Source: Podarcis filfolensis (taxonomy: Eukaryota). From it: a stretch of 64,000 nt of DNA. The stretch lies in assembly GCA_964270895.1 (NCBI GenBank), contig OZ185439.1, one strand, 5' to 3'. Under the pieces are notes generated by a model, which was not told the DNA's origin, searched no databases, and saw only the letters and a list, made by a program, of their open reading frames with translations. Within the stretch, counting starts at the first letter, position 1. Each line of letters opens with the position of its first letter. Positions 47,884-61,800 of this stretch are shown here, piece by piece. A program made the position numbers and the translations under genes.

Positions 47884-48469
47884 TATCTTCATTTACTGCA
47901 CCAGACTCTAGTGCCACTGTCTGTAAACATAGTGACATTGACTAACAGACAAAGAGCTTGCCCCTGCTTATGTAAATATACTTTCACCAAATGTCTTGCA
48001 AACATCAGCATAGTTGCACATGCCAACCATGCCTAGCTCTGCTGAAGGGGAAAATAATATTGAAATGTCAAATGGAAATAAGTCCAGTTTTGCCAAAGCT
48101 TCCATTCACAAGAGACCAGATTTTAATTAGTGCCTTCCAACTTCCTTTAGAAAGTTATTTGACTTCAATTAGCTGAACTGGCACATTGTTAGGGAGCAGG
48201 ACAGACTGGATAGCTGAGCTTTGTGACAGGCATAGCAGTGGCCTAAATTTTTCCAGTGTTCAGTAAAGCACTGTGCAATCTCTGTAGAAGCACTTCACTT
48301 ATTTTAAAAAGGCACCTTCAGCCATCTAACTTTAAAATGGGCCGAGATGAATAGAAATAATAGCCAGTGAGATATTCACATTCCTAATTTCTTATGTATC
48401 AGGGAACATCCCCTAAGTTAGAGGGTATACGGAGATTCTGTCCTGACATCAGATTGACTTATATGTATA

Positions 48470-48711
48470 CAGTGGTACCTCAGGTTACATACGCTTCAGG
48501 TTACATACGCTTCAGGTTACAGACTCCGCTAACCCAGAAATAGTGCTTCAGGTTAAGAACTTTGCTTCAGGATGAGAACAGAAATCGTGCTCCAGCAGCG
48601 CGGCAGCAGCAGGAGGCCCCATTAACTAAAGTGGTGCTTCAGGTTAAGAACAGTTTCAGGTTAAGTACAGACCTCTGGAACGAATTAAGTACTTAACCCG
48701 AGGTACCACTG
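48470..48711 (+). mobile_element. Tigger-like MITE, 242 bp
   Basis: TA|cagtggtacctcagg...cccgaggtaccactg|TA. Confidence 0.92.
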
Positions 48712-49966
48712 TACATCTTATACACTGTAAAATATTCTGTCTGCTCCACTTTGAAGAAGCTAATGATTGCCAGCATGTATCTAAAACCTGCCCCAGTATA
48801 TTCCTTTCTCTAATCAATCTTTGATAGTGATACATCCACTTAGATGTGACTTACACATGTACATATATCACTGTATCATTAATGCTCAGTGACGCCGGGG
48901 GATGTGTGACCAGTCAACATTGAAAAGTATTGTGTTTGAGTTGACAATCAGGCAATATTATCCTCTTTGCAGTTATTAGTCTGGAATGGCTCATTCACTG
49001 ATGCAAATCATTAGCTGTATGTGCAAAGTGATAGGAGTGATAGCTTTTGTTTATTACACTGTGCATAGTACTGGACATATCTAAACAAAAAATAAATAAA
49101 TCATTTTGTTCAGTTAAAAATGGCTAAACACTCCATCTATCAATTTCCCTTTTATATTGGAATGACGCAGAACCAACATGTTCACAGGTCATGGTTGTTG
49201 TCTTCATCAATTTCATGTGAACAAGTCACAGGTATAGTGTCTCACAGGAACAACACTGAAAAAAGAATGTTCAAGCATATTTTGAAACCTCCACGGGTTC
49301 TCCCTCCTTTTCCGCTGACTGGTGTGCGCATGTACTCTCTTCCTTCGTCTCTGGTCCCTTTGCTTCCCATCTCTTTACCTCTCTTATCATTGGCTTATAT
49401 TTACTGATGTCATAGCAGGGCATTTCAGGAACAACTGCCAGAGCCCCTCTATCTGCTATTGGATCCTGCAGAGTTCATAGTGGTGTGGGTGAATTGTATT
49501 TTATATTGTCATGATCTGACTTGGACTTTTTTAATGGAAGGTGGTATATAAAAAGTTTTTTTTTTTTTAAATATGAAGAAGAACTCTATTGCAGGCAACT
49601 TTTATTAAACTATACAGGTAGGACATCCAGATTCCAATGGCCAAGAATTCTGGCGGAGAAAGATCTATCTTTTGGTCTCAGATAAAAATTCTGGCCAACC
49701 TTACAGGGCCATTAAAAGTGTCATTGAGATTATGCATGGAACCTTATTTGAACCTTCTTTAAGCATTACATGACTGGTACCACTGTCACCTGTCCTTTTC
49801 CTTTGACATTTGTCTTTAAGACATTTATCATCATTTGCCTGTCTGAATAAAGTATTCCTTTCCAACAGAGCTGCTGGGTCCAGATTCCAAAAGAGTTTTC
49901 TTAGATGAAAACAAGTAGCCCAAATGTATAAGAGATTCTGGATTACACTCCAGCTATGATAATTAT

Positions 49967-50213
49967 CTCCTGCCAACCTAGCAGTTCAAAAGCACGTCAG
50001 GGTGCAAGTAGATAAATAGGTACTGCTCTGGCGGGAAGGTAAACGGCGTTTCCGTGCGCTGCTCTGGTTTGCCAGAAGCGGCTTAGTCATGCTGGCCACA
50101 TGACCTGGAAGCTGTACGGCGGCTCCCTCGGCCAATAAAGCGAGATGAGCGCCGCAACCCCAGAGTCGGCTACGACTGGACCTAATGGTCAGGGGTCCCT
50201 TTACCTTTACCTT
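49967..50213 (+). mobile_element. Young 5'-truncated Sauria SINE
   Basis: ctcctgccaacctagcagttcaaaagc...ggtccctttacctttacc tail; tatgataat duplicated at 49955-49963 and 50214-50222; CpGs intact. Confidence 0.9.
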
Positions 50214-50262
50214 TATGATAATGTTACTATCTCAATTTAAACTGAATCAATTTACTGATATA

Positions 50263-50504
50263 CAGTGGTACCTCGGGTTAAGTACTTAATTCATTCTGGA
50301 GGTCTGTTCTTAACCTGAAACTGTTCTTAACCTGAAGCACCACTTTAGCTAATGGGGCCTCCCGCTGCTGCCACACCGCCAGAGCACAATTTCTGTTCTC
50401 ATCCTGAAGCAAAGTTCTTAACCTGAGGTACTATTTCTGGGTTAGCGGAGTCTGTAACCTGAAGCGTATGTAACCTGAAGCGTATGTAACCTGAGGTACC
50501 ACTG
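50263..50504 (-). mobile_element. Tigger-like MITE, 242 bp, inverted relative to 48470
   Basis: TA|cagtggtacctcggg...cctgaggtaccactg|TA. Its reverse complement is identical to 48470 over the first ~74 bp. Confidence 0.92.
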
Positions 50505-52559
50505 TACTTGGAATGTATTTTTCTTGAAGTTTTTTTTCCTTTTCATGTAGGCTACTTATATTTGCATTTTAAAGTGTTTATTTTAGGCAGACAATGATTT
50601 AACCACCACTACCCTCATGTTCCTTGAGCTGAAAAACAAAGGGTATGATCACATGTTTTAATTATTGTCTGTAAGCAGCCCTGATTGACTCATGTTAGTA
50701 AAGTGGGTTGTACTCGTAAATAAACACACAAATAAAACAAAACTCTGCCTTCTATGCTGGACATGGGAGTCTGGATCTAGGCATATACCAGCTCTAATTT
50801 CTCCATGGTATTTGCAATGGCTGAAGGCATCTTTGCATACCCCATCCTGATTCTGCTCAACAACACAACACCCCCATATTAGTGCATATGAAATAGTTTT
50901 ATTTTGCATTATGAAAATGCTCAAGATTTGCAGAACCTCCAGGAAATACAAGATGTGCCAGATCTGTTGGGCAGGTACCTAGTATACTTCCCTTTTTGCT
51001 TAGCCTTAGTAGGAATGCTCACTCAGAATAAATCCCACTGAGATCAGTAGACCATATTTCCTAGACAGCATGTCTGAAAAACCTTGTAGTTAAAACTTTA
51101 CCCTCAAAGGGCTATCACCCACAGAGCTCTCTTAGCCAATTTTAAGGTAGGATTTTGTTCAAGGGGTGAGATAGTTAACTGCTATACAACAGCTCTGTGC
51201 AACGGTATATGTAAGCTGCTGGAGTTCCTGTGAGGAAGGAGAGTGGGAAGGAATGCTGTGGTCATGGTGCTGATGGGGTCATTGCTCATTCTTTCATCCG
51301 GGTCTTGAGGGACATGTTTCTGATGACAGATCAATTCTTCATTGTCGGGATTCCTGCACAGTTTAGAAGGAAAAGCAAAGGAAGAAGGAACAGTGGGTGA
51401 GTTTGCATCTGGATTATCATTCAAGCGGCCACAGGGGTTACTATAACTGGTGGGGGCGCTACCTGCTGCTAGGAATACAGTCTGACTCCAGTGCTTTGCT
51501 TGACTCCAAACCACTTCCCCATCTGTCTAGCCATTCCTTGTCTACAGCTCCTCTTGCTCTCCTGTTTTGGCCAGTTCCAAATGAGATCCTGACTTAGTGG
51601 CTGCTAAGGGCTACAGCCCATTTTATTTTTTTTATGATCCCCCACCCCTTTCTTCTTTGATGAACTCAAGACGGCATACGATTTGCAGGCGGTTGTGATC
51701 CAGAAGCTCTGGTTGCACAGTGAATTTCAAAAAAATAGACAATCATATGTAATTATAGCCTTGATATTTTTTAGAAATTCATCTTTTAGCCAGGACAAGA
51801 CTCATAGTCCTGATGGTCTAACTTCCTATTGCATGTGCACCTATTTGTGTGCATTATTGTTCCAGTAATGTGCTGAGGAGCACAGGGACTTTGCAATTAT
51901 GGAAGCTTAAGTAGGTCACACTAATTGGGACAGATCAATATGACTTTTTATAGACTAGAGCTGTGGTTGGTATTTGGCATACTCAACTTCTGATTGATCT
52001 CTATGGTAGGGACAAATTAATAATAATATATATATATGGTTGTGATCTTGTAAGTAACATTTGCATGAATTCTGGATGCTACCACCACTGCTTTCATAAT
52101 ATTATAGCGCTGCATGAAATGCTTTTTCCTACCAATGAACTACAGGCTGTGACTGGCAATTCACACTGGACAGAAGAGTAGCTGAGTAACATTTAGGGAG
52201 AAATGGGCTTGAGAGGTAGGTCACCTTTGCTCCTTCCAGCACAGCTGGGTCATCACGCCAGGAACTGCAGCTATTGAATTACCCAGAAGAAATAGAATGG
52301 GTGGGGAGACTCCTTTTTGGAGTGAAATGCAAACCCATTGGCAAGGAAGCAAAAGGAGCATCTTTGAAGGGAGAAGTTAAAGCAGATTCCAACAATCCTC
52401 CATTAAGTAATTAGGGGGCACGGGGGATGGATCCGTCTGAGATGCTCAGTTACCCCTTTTCTTCCTTCTGCTGGGCACTCCCTAAACTGGATCACCTGGG
52501 GAAGCTCTTTTAAGGAGCTCCAGATGGGCTGTGTGTGTGTGTGTAAAACGCTGCCTCCA

Positions 52560-52760
52560 GCTGTGGCCAATCACTCCTAGCCAGCCAATCTGCCTTTCTG
52601 CTGGAGCCCGCGGCAGCCACACTGCCCATTCGTCACGCTTCTCCGATTGCAGCGCTCTGGATAGCTTCTCCGGGCCTTGTCTGGCTCTTCCTCTCTTGTT
52701 TTATCATCCACCCCCTCCATGAGCTAATGTAGTAACATCTCTTCATTGGCTATAAATTCA
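52560..52760 (+). promoter_or_regulatory. Intronic promoter/enhancer-like module
   Basis: CCAAT boxes at 52567 and 52585, CRE half-site cgtca at 52631, ATTGG at 52745 adjacent to TATAAA at 52751, and a local CpG cluster. Motifs only. Confidence 0.35.
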
Positions 52761-55700
52761 GGGAAGAGCCATAGATAAAATATGGCTCTGCACAGGAAGA
52801 TGGGGAAACATCTGGTTTTTAGCCCTTAGATTCAGTCTTCACTTGTCTCCTATGACAATGTCACTGTTTGTGCACGTGTGAAAAAGAGAGCTGATACATC
52901 TGAGCCAGCCCAACTGGATAATTTGGAAGAAACAAATGGCGGGTGGGGGAGCAGAGTAAAATGTTTTCATTCGGATATGCAAAGAATCACGTTGAGTCCA
53001 AAACTTTTCCTAACAAGGGAACTGTACAAGCTGCCTCCATAGCTAGTTTGAGAGGCTGGGTGGTCCAGGCCTCTTCCTTCTCCTTGAAGGGCTGCTGGAT
53101 CTCTGAACATTCAGTGAGGAAACAGCTGATTAGATGCCTCAAAAGCAGCAATGACGCGAGAGCCCTGGGAGAATTCTAGAAGAACATCAATAGTTTATTT
53201 AATGGTGGACTCTTCAGGCAGTGTTCCACTGTGTTTCAGTGTGACAATGAGGCACTGGGTTTAAAAAGAATGAGGGTGTATGTGAGAGAGAGCGATTAGC
53301 TTAATGAGCAGAGAGTGGCCGAGTAGGTATCCGGAAAACTATTGAGCTTCCACAGTTTTTCTGATCGGAAGGAGGGGAATCCTTGTGGAAATTCTATGCT
53401 TTTTCAGATTCACCTCTTTCTGATTTGAGCCCTAATACCATGAATCCAAATTTGGCTGCATTTTGTGCTATATCTACTTGCCCGATAATTTGGAGAGTGG
53501 AAGGAGGAAAAGAGTTTTTCCGCTGGGTGAACTGTTCTTATTGTGTCTAAAGGGCTAAGTAGTACAGATGCTCAGTCTGCATATTTTTTGTTATTCAAAA
53601 CAAGTGTCAAAGTTCTTTGGCCTTAAATAGCAAAGGCAGAAGCAAGAGACCTTTCTAAGTCTGTTTTAAAACAAAATTCACATGTGGGTTGGAACAAGAA
53701 CTCACCCTTTCCAGATGTTTGGTAGTTGGTGTGCTTTTTTTTTTTTTTTACTGACAAGGAAATCAACAAATTGCCTTCAGTCATTCTTTAGACTCCACCC
53801 AGATCTAGATTCTGTCCAGGCCATATTTTAGCACCTCCTAGAAAGAATACTGCCTCCTCCCTCCATAACCTATTGGTAATGAAGGAACCCTATCAGCGCT
53901 TTCCTGCAGGATCATAACCAGTTGCCAAGGGAAGGCAGCTTCCAATACCAGGCCTTACTCTGTTTTATGTATATGGAGATAAGTGGAAAATAAAAAGTTG
54001 GAGAGAAGCAAAAGCAATTGGGGTGATCAATGAAGCACAAAAAGACCCATATCTGATCCACCTTTTATGGCAGTAATATGCCAGACCAGACTGAGTTTCT
54101 GCAACTCGCCTTGGAATGTATTGTTGGAATATACTACAAGGAAATGTCTTCCCAAAAAAGGCAGCAAGTTGAAGTTCACCCTTGATTTGGCACCCCTGCA
54201 GCCTTGTGCTGTCTTCCTAAAGGCAGGTAGGGAGGCGGACAGCTTTGGGAAGGAGGCATGAGGGCTCTGGCAGAGTCCTGGAGCCCTCCCACTTCCTTCC
54301 CAGATCTGGGAAAGCACTAACTAGGTTTTGGAGAAGATGAAGGAGCACTCCAGGACCCTTGCTTATCGGGCTTGGAGACAGTACCCCTTTGGCTAAGGGC
54401 CCAGTGCATATGCACTGCTCGCACAGCCCTAAATCCACCCTTGCAGATTCATGCTGCCCAGGACTTGAACAAATCTATCTGCTTTCCTCTTGACAGTCAT
54501 AGAAACTGTAGAGACTTGAGTACACTTGTTCTTGAATCCTAGTAAACAGAATATCAATGTATATTCGGTGGCTTCTATTGTTATAGCTGTCTACCTGTTC
54601 CTATCAGAAATTATCAGTTGATGAGAGTTATCTGAATTATCCAAGGAGGCTCAGGTCTTCATAGCAAAGCTCTGCTGGATTAAGAAATCTCTTCCTTTGC
54701 CAACTGAAGCACGATCTGCCTTTATCTGTTGTCTCCAGATACTCTGAGATATTCCAAATATTTAAATAGCCCAAGACCATCTGCTGAGTACAGCGGCCCA
54801 TAAGGTTGTAGCACACGTCAAAATGCTCTTAAGAGCCACTGTGCTAATAAAAGGCTGGGTAATCTTGATCCCTAAGTATACATGCATGGCCGCTTGCCTC
54901 ACTTTTTACCTCTGTTGGTGAACTTGCTTGCTCTGCTGGGGGGCAGGGTGGGAGAAAGAAAGGAAAGATTTGGCTGTGTAGGGGTTAGATTAAATATTGT
55001 GGCCTTCAGTGTTCTGACACCTTACCTAACAAAGATCGAGTTGTGTGATGAACCTAACTGCAACCTGGCTTGCATTCAAGGATTGCTGAGCAAAGGCTGC
55101 AGCTGACATCATGAGCACATTTTACTTCCTTTTAAGAGCTTCTTTCTCCAATTGTCAGCCATTGTAGATGGAATTGCTCGATGATTTAATTGCATGATCA
55201 CATCTAGGAGTGTTTGGTCTTGGTGTCCAACAGTTCATTTATGTTTGTCCCAACTCTGAATTCCCAGCCCTAGAAGTATTGCAGAGAAAAGAGTCTCCAT
55301 TTGATGGAATGCCATGGACACAAACTTTAGAAAACGAGCCTCCTGAGCCATCTTGAAGGTGTCTGGCACCAGGACAAGTCATTAGTCAATCCTGAAATAA
55401 TCATCAAGCAGAGGAACAGCTTATTTTATATACTGTTTCTTAGAGTTAAACACTTCCCCATATTCCAGCACTGATTGGAGCCTTGAATTCTTTCCAAGTG
55501 TTCAACCTGTAAAGATATTTGAGAACCCCGGGACCTAGTAGTAGCTTTCCAAAAAATGATAGATTTCACTTGAATTTTCACAAATGGAAAACCACAACTC
55601 CCCCATAGCTGCAAAGAAGCAGCTGTCACACCAGGTACACTGTATGAGAAAACACTTTTTGAAAGCTTCAGGGATTTCCTATTATCTGGAAGTCTGTAGT

Positions 55701-58700
55701 GCTCTTAAAATTTGTGAAGAAAATGTTCTCCCCCCTCCTTTTACAGGCACATTTGCCTGGGATAATCAGCTGCACCTGTTTGGAAGCTGCTCTTCATGTT
55801 TTCCCCCTCATTTACAAGTTGCACGTGTTTTTGTTAATTTTTCCCAGTAACTCGTAAGTGTCAACAAGCTTACATTGCAATTCTGGAGCAAGCTGGACAT
55901 TGTTTTGCTCATGCCATCGTGTTGTGAAACATTGTGAAAGTGTTGGATAAGGCTGAAGTCGTCTGCAGAGAATACAGATTTCTGGGAGGTTTTCTCCCAG
56001 CCCTACCCAAGTCCAGGGTCCAGGAGGCAATGGGGTTAAATTCTATTGCAGTGGAGTTAACTGCTCTGTATTTAAAATGATGGTAATAGGATAATCTTCA
56101 TCTGCTTTTATTGGCCAATTCACTGCCAAAAAAAATGTGAGAGTTGCTCTCTACTGGAAAATGGTTCCTATTTATAGGAGAAGAAGCTTGTGATGTCCTA
56201 GGCTCAGTATGTTCCATTCTCCCAGATCCTGTTTCTGATCTGGGTTTAATAGTGTGTGACATGGCCAGATAGGAACCGTATGGTGCAAGGCCCTGGCTTG
56301 GCCTGGGGCCTGTGTGTTTAATTCACCCCCTACTACCTAGTGTGGGAGCAAGGGGAGTTTGGCTGTGCATCTTCTCAAATGTTTCTGTCATATCACCTCT
56401 CCTTTTCCAAGGCAGGCTTGTCGGTGGGCCTTTTGCACATGTTGGGAGGTTTCTACCCCCTTCCTGTTGGTATAGGCCCCCACAGTCCTGGAAACACAGC
56501 TTCTAGGGAGTTTCTCTGATCCCATCTGTGGTTGGACTAAGAGATAATCTGTAAACTCAAACCTGTACCAAAGGTTCTCCAAGTTGACCTTGTATCCGGA
56601 ACTGTTGCCATCCATGTAAGGAGTTTGCCTATTCTGCTGTGTCTTTGGCCTCAGGCAGTTCCCCAGCCTACATTCTTTTCCCTTCTCCTTGGCCTCTCAG
56701 ATTTTTTTTCTTTTAATTTTATGGCTGTTGCCTATCTGGGGACCACACAGCCCGCATTGTCCAGCTTTGGTACACAGCCAAATAGTTGACTGGCAGCAAG
56801 TTCGCTACACTACATCTGGTGGTTTCCCAGCAATGGAATCTTCTCCCAGGGCTGCTTCATATATTACTTTTATCAACACAGATGCTAATCCCAGTCAAGG
56901 GCAGGTTTCAGGCAGCATGAATGCTTTGCCCACTAGCTGGCCCTTCCTTGTCTCAGAAAGGAAATGTACATTTCATTTCCCTTCTCAGTTTGCCCAAGCA
57001 CACACTGTTCTTAGAAAAGGAGCAGGGCCTCTTACAGGCCCCTGGATGCAAGGCTGCAGAAAAGACAGTCCTTTGGGTGAACAGGGCCAGCCCTACCTTT
57101 AAGCAGAGTGAGGCAACTGCCTTGGGTGGCAGATGCTCAGGGGCAGCAGTAGCAGCTCCTGGTTGTTCCAAGCCCCAGCCATTCCCCTCTGTGGTTACAT
57201 GGCCTCTCCTGCCTCCCCAAATCTGTTCTAGTACCTCAGGTGTGGTGGAGCATGCTATCCCATCACCAGGGTTGAAGTAAGATCCAACTGCCAGTCTAGT
57301 CATACTCTGTACATGAAATTGGGAGGGGGTCCAATCTTGTAATTTACCTCAGGCCACATAATATCTTGGGCCAGTCCTGACTGTGGGCTCACTATGGCTC
57401 TAAAAGCCTCAGCACAGTTTCACAATTTTTTTGAGGGGAGGCACTTACAAGAAAGCTAGCGATGATAACCACACAGTGGCTTTGTCCAGAAATGTGAGAT
57501 CCATCAGTAGTGAGGGCTGTGGGGTTTGTAATTTCTCTGTCGGTTAAGACTCTTCTCCACCCCTGCTTCATTTCCAAAGCCTAGCGGTTGGAGTTATAGT
57601 CAAATGCACAAGAGAACTGGGAAGGTGTATGTTGTGCCACTAAGTCCAAGTCCTGACCTAAGGCAAGGGGCCCTCAAACCAAAGCACCCCAAATACAGCC
57701 TGTGCTTTCCCCAAAAACATATATGCAGGGCCAGCAATTCTACAACTTGTTCATCTGACAAATTGTTCTCATGAATTATAAGTTTTCCGGAGGCTTATTC
57801 TCTATCTTTTATTGTTCAAACCTACAAAGCTCAGTCATTTTTTATGAGGACATAGAAAAGTTTGGAGTAAATGGAGAGATTCTGAGTTGTCCCTAGTCTC
57901 CCTTTGATGAAATCCCAGTGTATGAAATGCCGCCGCCCCCCACTTAAGTTTGGAGAGCAGTATATTTCCCTATACTATGAATACATGAATTGAACTGCAT
58001 CTATAAACATGAGCATCAATGTACTCTCAGCAAGAAAACCCCAGCACTTCATACATTACAACATATATACATGGTTTGCTACATGGAGATGAATCTCTGT
58101 GTAGGAAATTGTAACATATGAAGCAGCCTTCAGCATATGGCAAAAATGGCACAACTCCAAAGATATCCATTTCTGCTTCCATATTCCTTTCTCCAGAATA
58201 ACCCTCTCTCCTTGTAGACTTAACCATTTACTTTCCATGTAAATTATGGAAACAGTTTGAGGAGATTGGTGTTGAGCAGGAGAAAGGATGTTGAGCAGGA
58301 GAAATTTTGCCTGTTCAAGTGTTTCTTTCTTTTCCCCACATCTTTCCTGCTAAGGCAAAGCTTGCTTTCCCTGCTTAGCTGAACTCTATCCCACTGAAGA
58401 GTATTGTCCCATTGCTAGAGTCAGCTCTACTCTGCAGGAAGTCCAGGGCACTCTTCTTGCCCCTGCTATTTGCTCAGATATGCAACTCTAATGCCCTTAT
58501 CACCTATCTGAAAAGGATTAACTTCTTTCTTTGCACATTGAAAGCACATTTATGTCTGTTCTTAGTGCAGGTCTCTATGAAACTCTCATGAAATTCAAGG
58601 TCAAAGAAAAGCACCTGCACTTTGCACTGCAACCTCTGCTCTCTTTGTTTACGGTAATTATTCTATGTCTGTCCCAGGATTGATGCCACTGCCCTGGGCA

Positions 58701-58814
58701 GATCATGAATGCCTTTATCTTTCCATGTTTTTCATCTAGCTCTCCTTACTGCATTAATGTTTTATAAATTCTTCTGCATTCCAAATGTCTCACATGCTCA
58801 TGCGTCCCTATTCT

Positions 58815-58816
<2 letters not shown>

Positions 58817-58857
<41 letters not shown>

Positions 58858-58866
58858 TTCTCTCTC
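58817..58866. repeat. (CT)n microsatellite
   Basis: Read directly; two TT interruptions near the 3' end. Confidence 0.9.
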
Positions 58867-61800
58867 AATATAGACAGCAGCAGCACTAAGACCGTAGAAT
58901 TTGAAGAAAGCATGATCTAGGATCTTAGACATTTTCCAAACATTACACTTCATGGAAATATTTTTTTCTGTGAGAAGCAGAAATGAAACAGCTGTCTCCT
59001 GCTCCTGCTGGGCTTGTTCCTGTGCAGGCTCCCTCTGAATTTATGCTGCAATCCTGTTGGGCAAGGGACCAGTGGCCACCTTCATGGTTGTAAGACTATG
59101 TGCCAAGCCCTGGTGTTTACATGCTTAAGTGAGTTCTGGGTGGGCTTGATCAATACAGCCATTGAGCTAAAGAGGCAGCCACCACATTCAGATCCTTCAT
59201 TCCAAAGCTCACAACTGACAGATCTCAGACTAAAATGCATTTTCAGTGTCATTTGTAAAACCAACAAATCTCAAACCGAGAAGCCTTAAGTCTGATTGTG
59301 GGGAGAAGTCTCTTCTTTTGACTTGGAAAATGCCTCCATGTTAACACCAGCTCTAACTTTGAAGCATTCTTGCTTCTGCTTTATTGTACGCCAAAGGCCT
59401 TGACCCTTTCTGCATTGCTTCTCTGTAAGCCTTATAGGCTAGTGAGTACAAGATGAGATACGTACTTAGGCAACAGCTAAAATTAATGAACAGGTCTATT
59501 TATATGAGTGTCCATCAGAACCCTCTGTTTCCATTCTCTTACAAGTTCATTTCTAAACTTGCCCAGTAAATGTCATCCTGTAACTGTCCTCCTGCAACTG
59601 CTAACCTTTCATGAGTATTTTGTTTTCACATAGGTGTGATATTTTATCACCCCAGTTATGGAAAATTGTGATTCCTTTTTTCTCCAGTGCAGTGTCTCGG
59701 GGCCCCTAGTGTTGGTACTCCTGCTTCTATGATATTTTTTTCATGGTTTGGCCATTATTCTTAATGCCATAGTTCTTCATTAACCACCCAACATAAAGCT
59801 GGGACCAAATTAATCTGTAACTTTTTAATGAGGCATCCCAAAACTATCTTTCTGAAGAAAGAAGACTGAACGCAATCTTACCAGCACATCTGGAAGCTTT
59901 GATCCTAGCTACTGCGTAAAGCTGGTTGCATCATAGATCTGAAAGCTTTGCTGCCCGTGCAGATACTTTCTGTAGTGACACAGTGTGATGATAACCGACA
60001 TGACATACTATGTCATCAGAAACTGAGGAGCCAAAGAAACCCACCAGATTCTAATAAGTTTCTTTCTGGAACTGTGGCATTTGGAATTTCAAATGGATTC
60101 AGGAAGGATGGGTGAGAGAGCATGGAGGGCAAAATTTCAGAAGATACCTGGATAGAAAACCAGTGACTCCCATAATGTTTCCAGAGAAAACTGGGGGGAT
60201 TCTATCGACTTCAAGACTGTCTCTTTTGGCATTGCCCCCAAATATACAAACTTATCTTTACATCAATAGGGACTAGAAAATTTCATTTAAAAAGCAATCA
60301 AAAGAAAGTGATTTCCAACACCAAATTCTGCATTCCTGTGGCACTGTAATTTGTTAATGAGTTCATGCTGAGCTAGTTGTGTGACCGCCAACTGCTGTTT
60401 CCTGTTCACATTTTGACCTGAGCAAACATGCCTACATGCTAAATTGAGCCAAATAGAATTTTGGTGCTTTGTCACAACCATAATTTTGCAGGTGGGTTTC
60501 ACTGCAAAAAAAAGGGGGGGGCAATCTGACTTGAAGTCAGCTTAGCACATGTTGGGTAGCCACATTCATCTGGCAGATATGTGCACCTATAGCATTCCCA
60601 CTTCATTTCCCCAAATCTTATGGAAAATAGGTTTATCTGTATACACATATTAGAACTTGTACTATGGGGAATAGCAAAGTAGGACATAAGACTAGATTAT
60701 GTCCAGGGTCAAATGAAATCTACAACTATGCTAACTTTAGCTCCCATAGTTAGTAACTACAGCCCACTTTAAAGAGGTGCCTTGTGAATCATTTGCATTC
60801 TTAGGGCAGATGTGGCTGGTAAGTTGCATGTTAAATTTAACACCAGCTTAGCAGTAATCAACTGGGCAGTTCACAATTAATGTAGCACCCTTGCAGTTCC
60901 CAGCAGGGCTTTTTTTCAGGTAGACGCCTTTGCCATTCTAAGAGAACAAGGGAGAAGTTCATGGTGAGCTCCAGCACTTTTTCTAGAAAAATAGCACTAG
61001 TTCCCAGTATCTTCCTTCTCAACAGACAGTTGTATAATGTTGTGTAGAAAACATTAGGCTACCATAATAGCAAAAAAATGTTATGCATAAATATCTGTCT
61101 GTTTGAAATCTTACTCTTGGTTAAAAAAACTATTTCAGACATCCAATTAATATCAAGAGCATGAATTTTGTTTTGGCTGTTTTTGCATAAAGAAAGAGGC
61201 ATGTGCAAAATTGGACTGGGAGCAAAATTGCAGTATCTGTCTTTCCTGAAGGGTCTTGTTTGTCTTGGAGTCTACACAAAGTTGGAGTATGCTCTGTCAT
61301 GGTGCCAAACAATTTGGCAAAGACTATGAACAGAGTTTCATTCAGTATGGATTCTTCCAATGTCCGGTGTTGTATGTCCTATCCCTGCATGCTCTCACAG
61401 ACACGCACACACACATGTTGCATTCCTGATATATGCACCACTTATCTCTTGGACTTATGATAGTTTTGTGGCTTGTATAATTATATAGGGCCATGTGTAT
61501 GTGGTTGGCTCACCTACTCCAAAGGCCCCGTGGTAACAATTAATAACGGAAGGGCGAACACGGTAAAACATAAATCTTCTCTTAACTACTAAGAACATTT
61601 AACCTTTTATTGAAAAAGAAGAAAAAAACCCAGAAAGCTAAACCTTGGCCTGTCATTTCCATAAGTGTGTAGCTAGGGAAGGATAATAATTCCCAATTCA
61701 ATAGTTAGCAGTGATTTATTTAGGCCTAAAAAGAATACAAGAGCTGCTACACTGTGTTTAGGCTATATTTCCACACATCTCAATGGAGGGGGGGGTAGAG

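Noticed and set aside
54880-55200. Putative conserved non-coding elements (also about 35050-35250, 43800-44250, 60290-60500)
   Set aside because: Non-repetitive and motif-rich by eye (e.g. tgatttaattg), but conservation cannot be shown without alignments.
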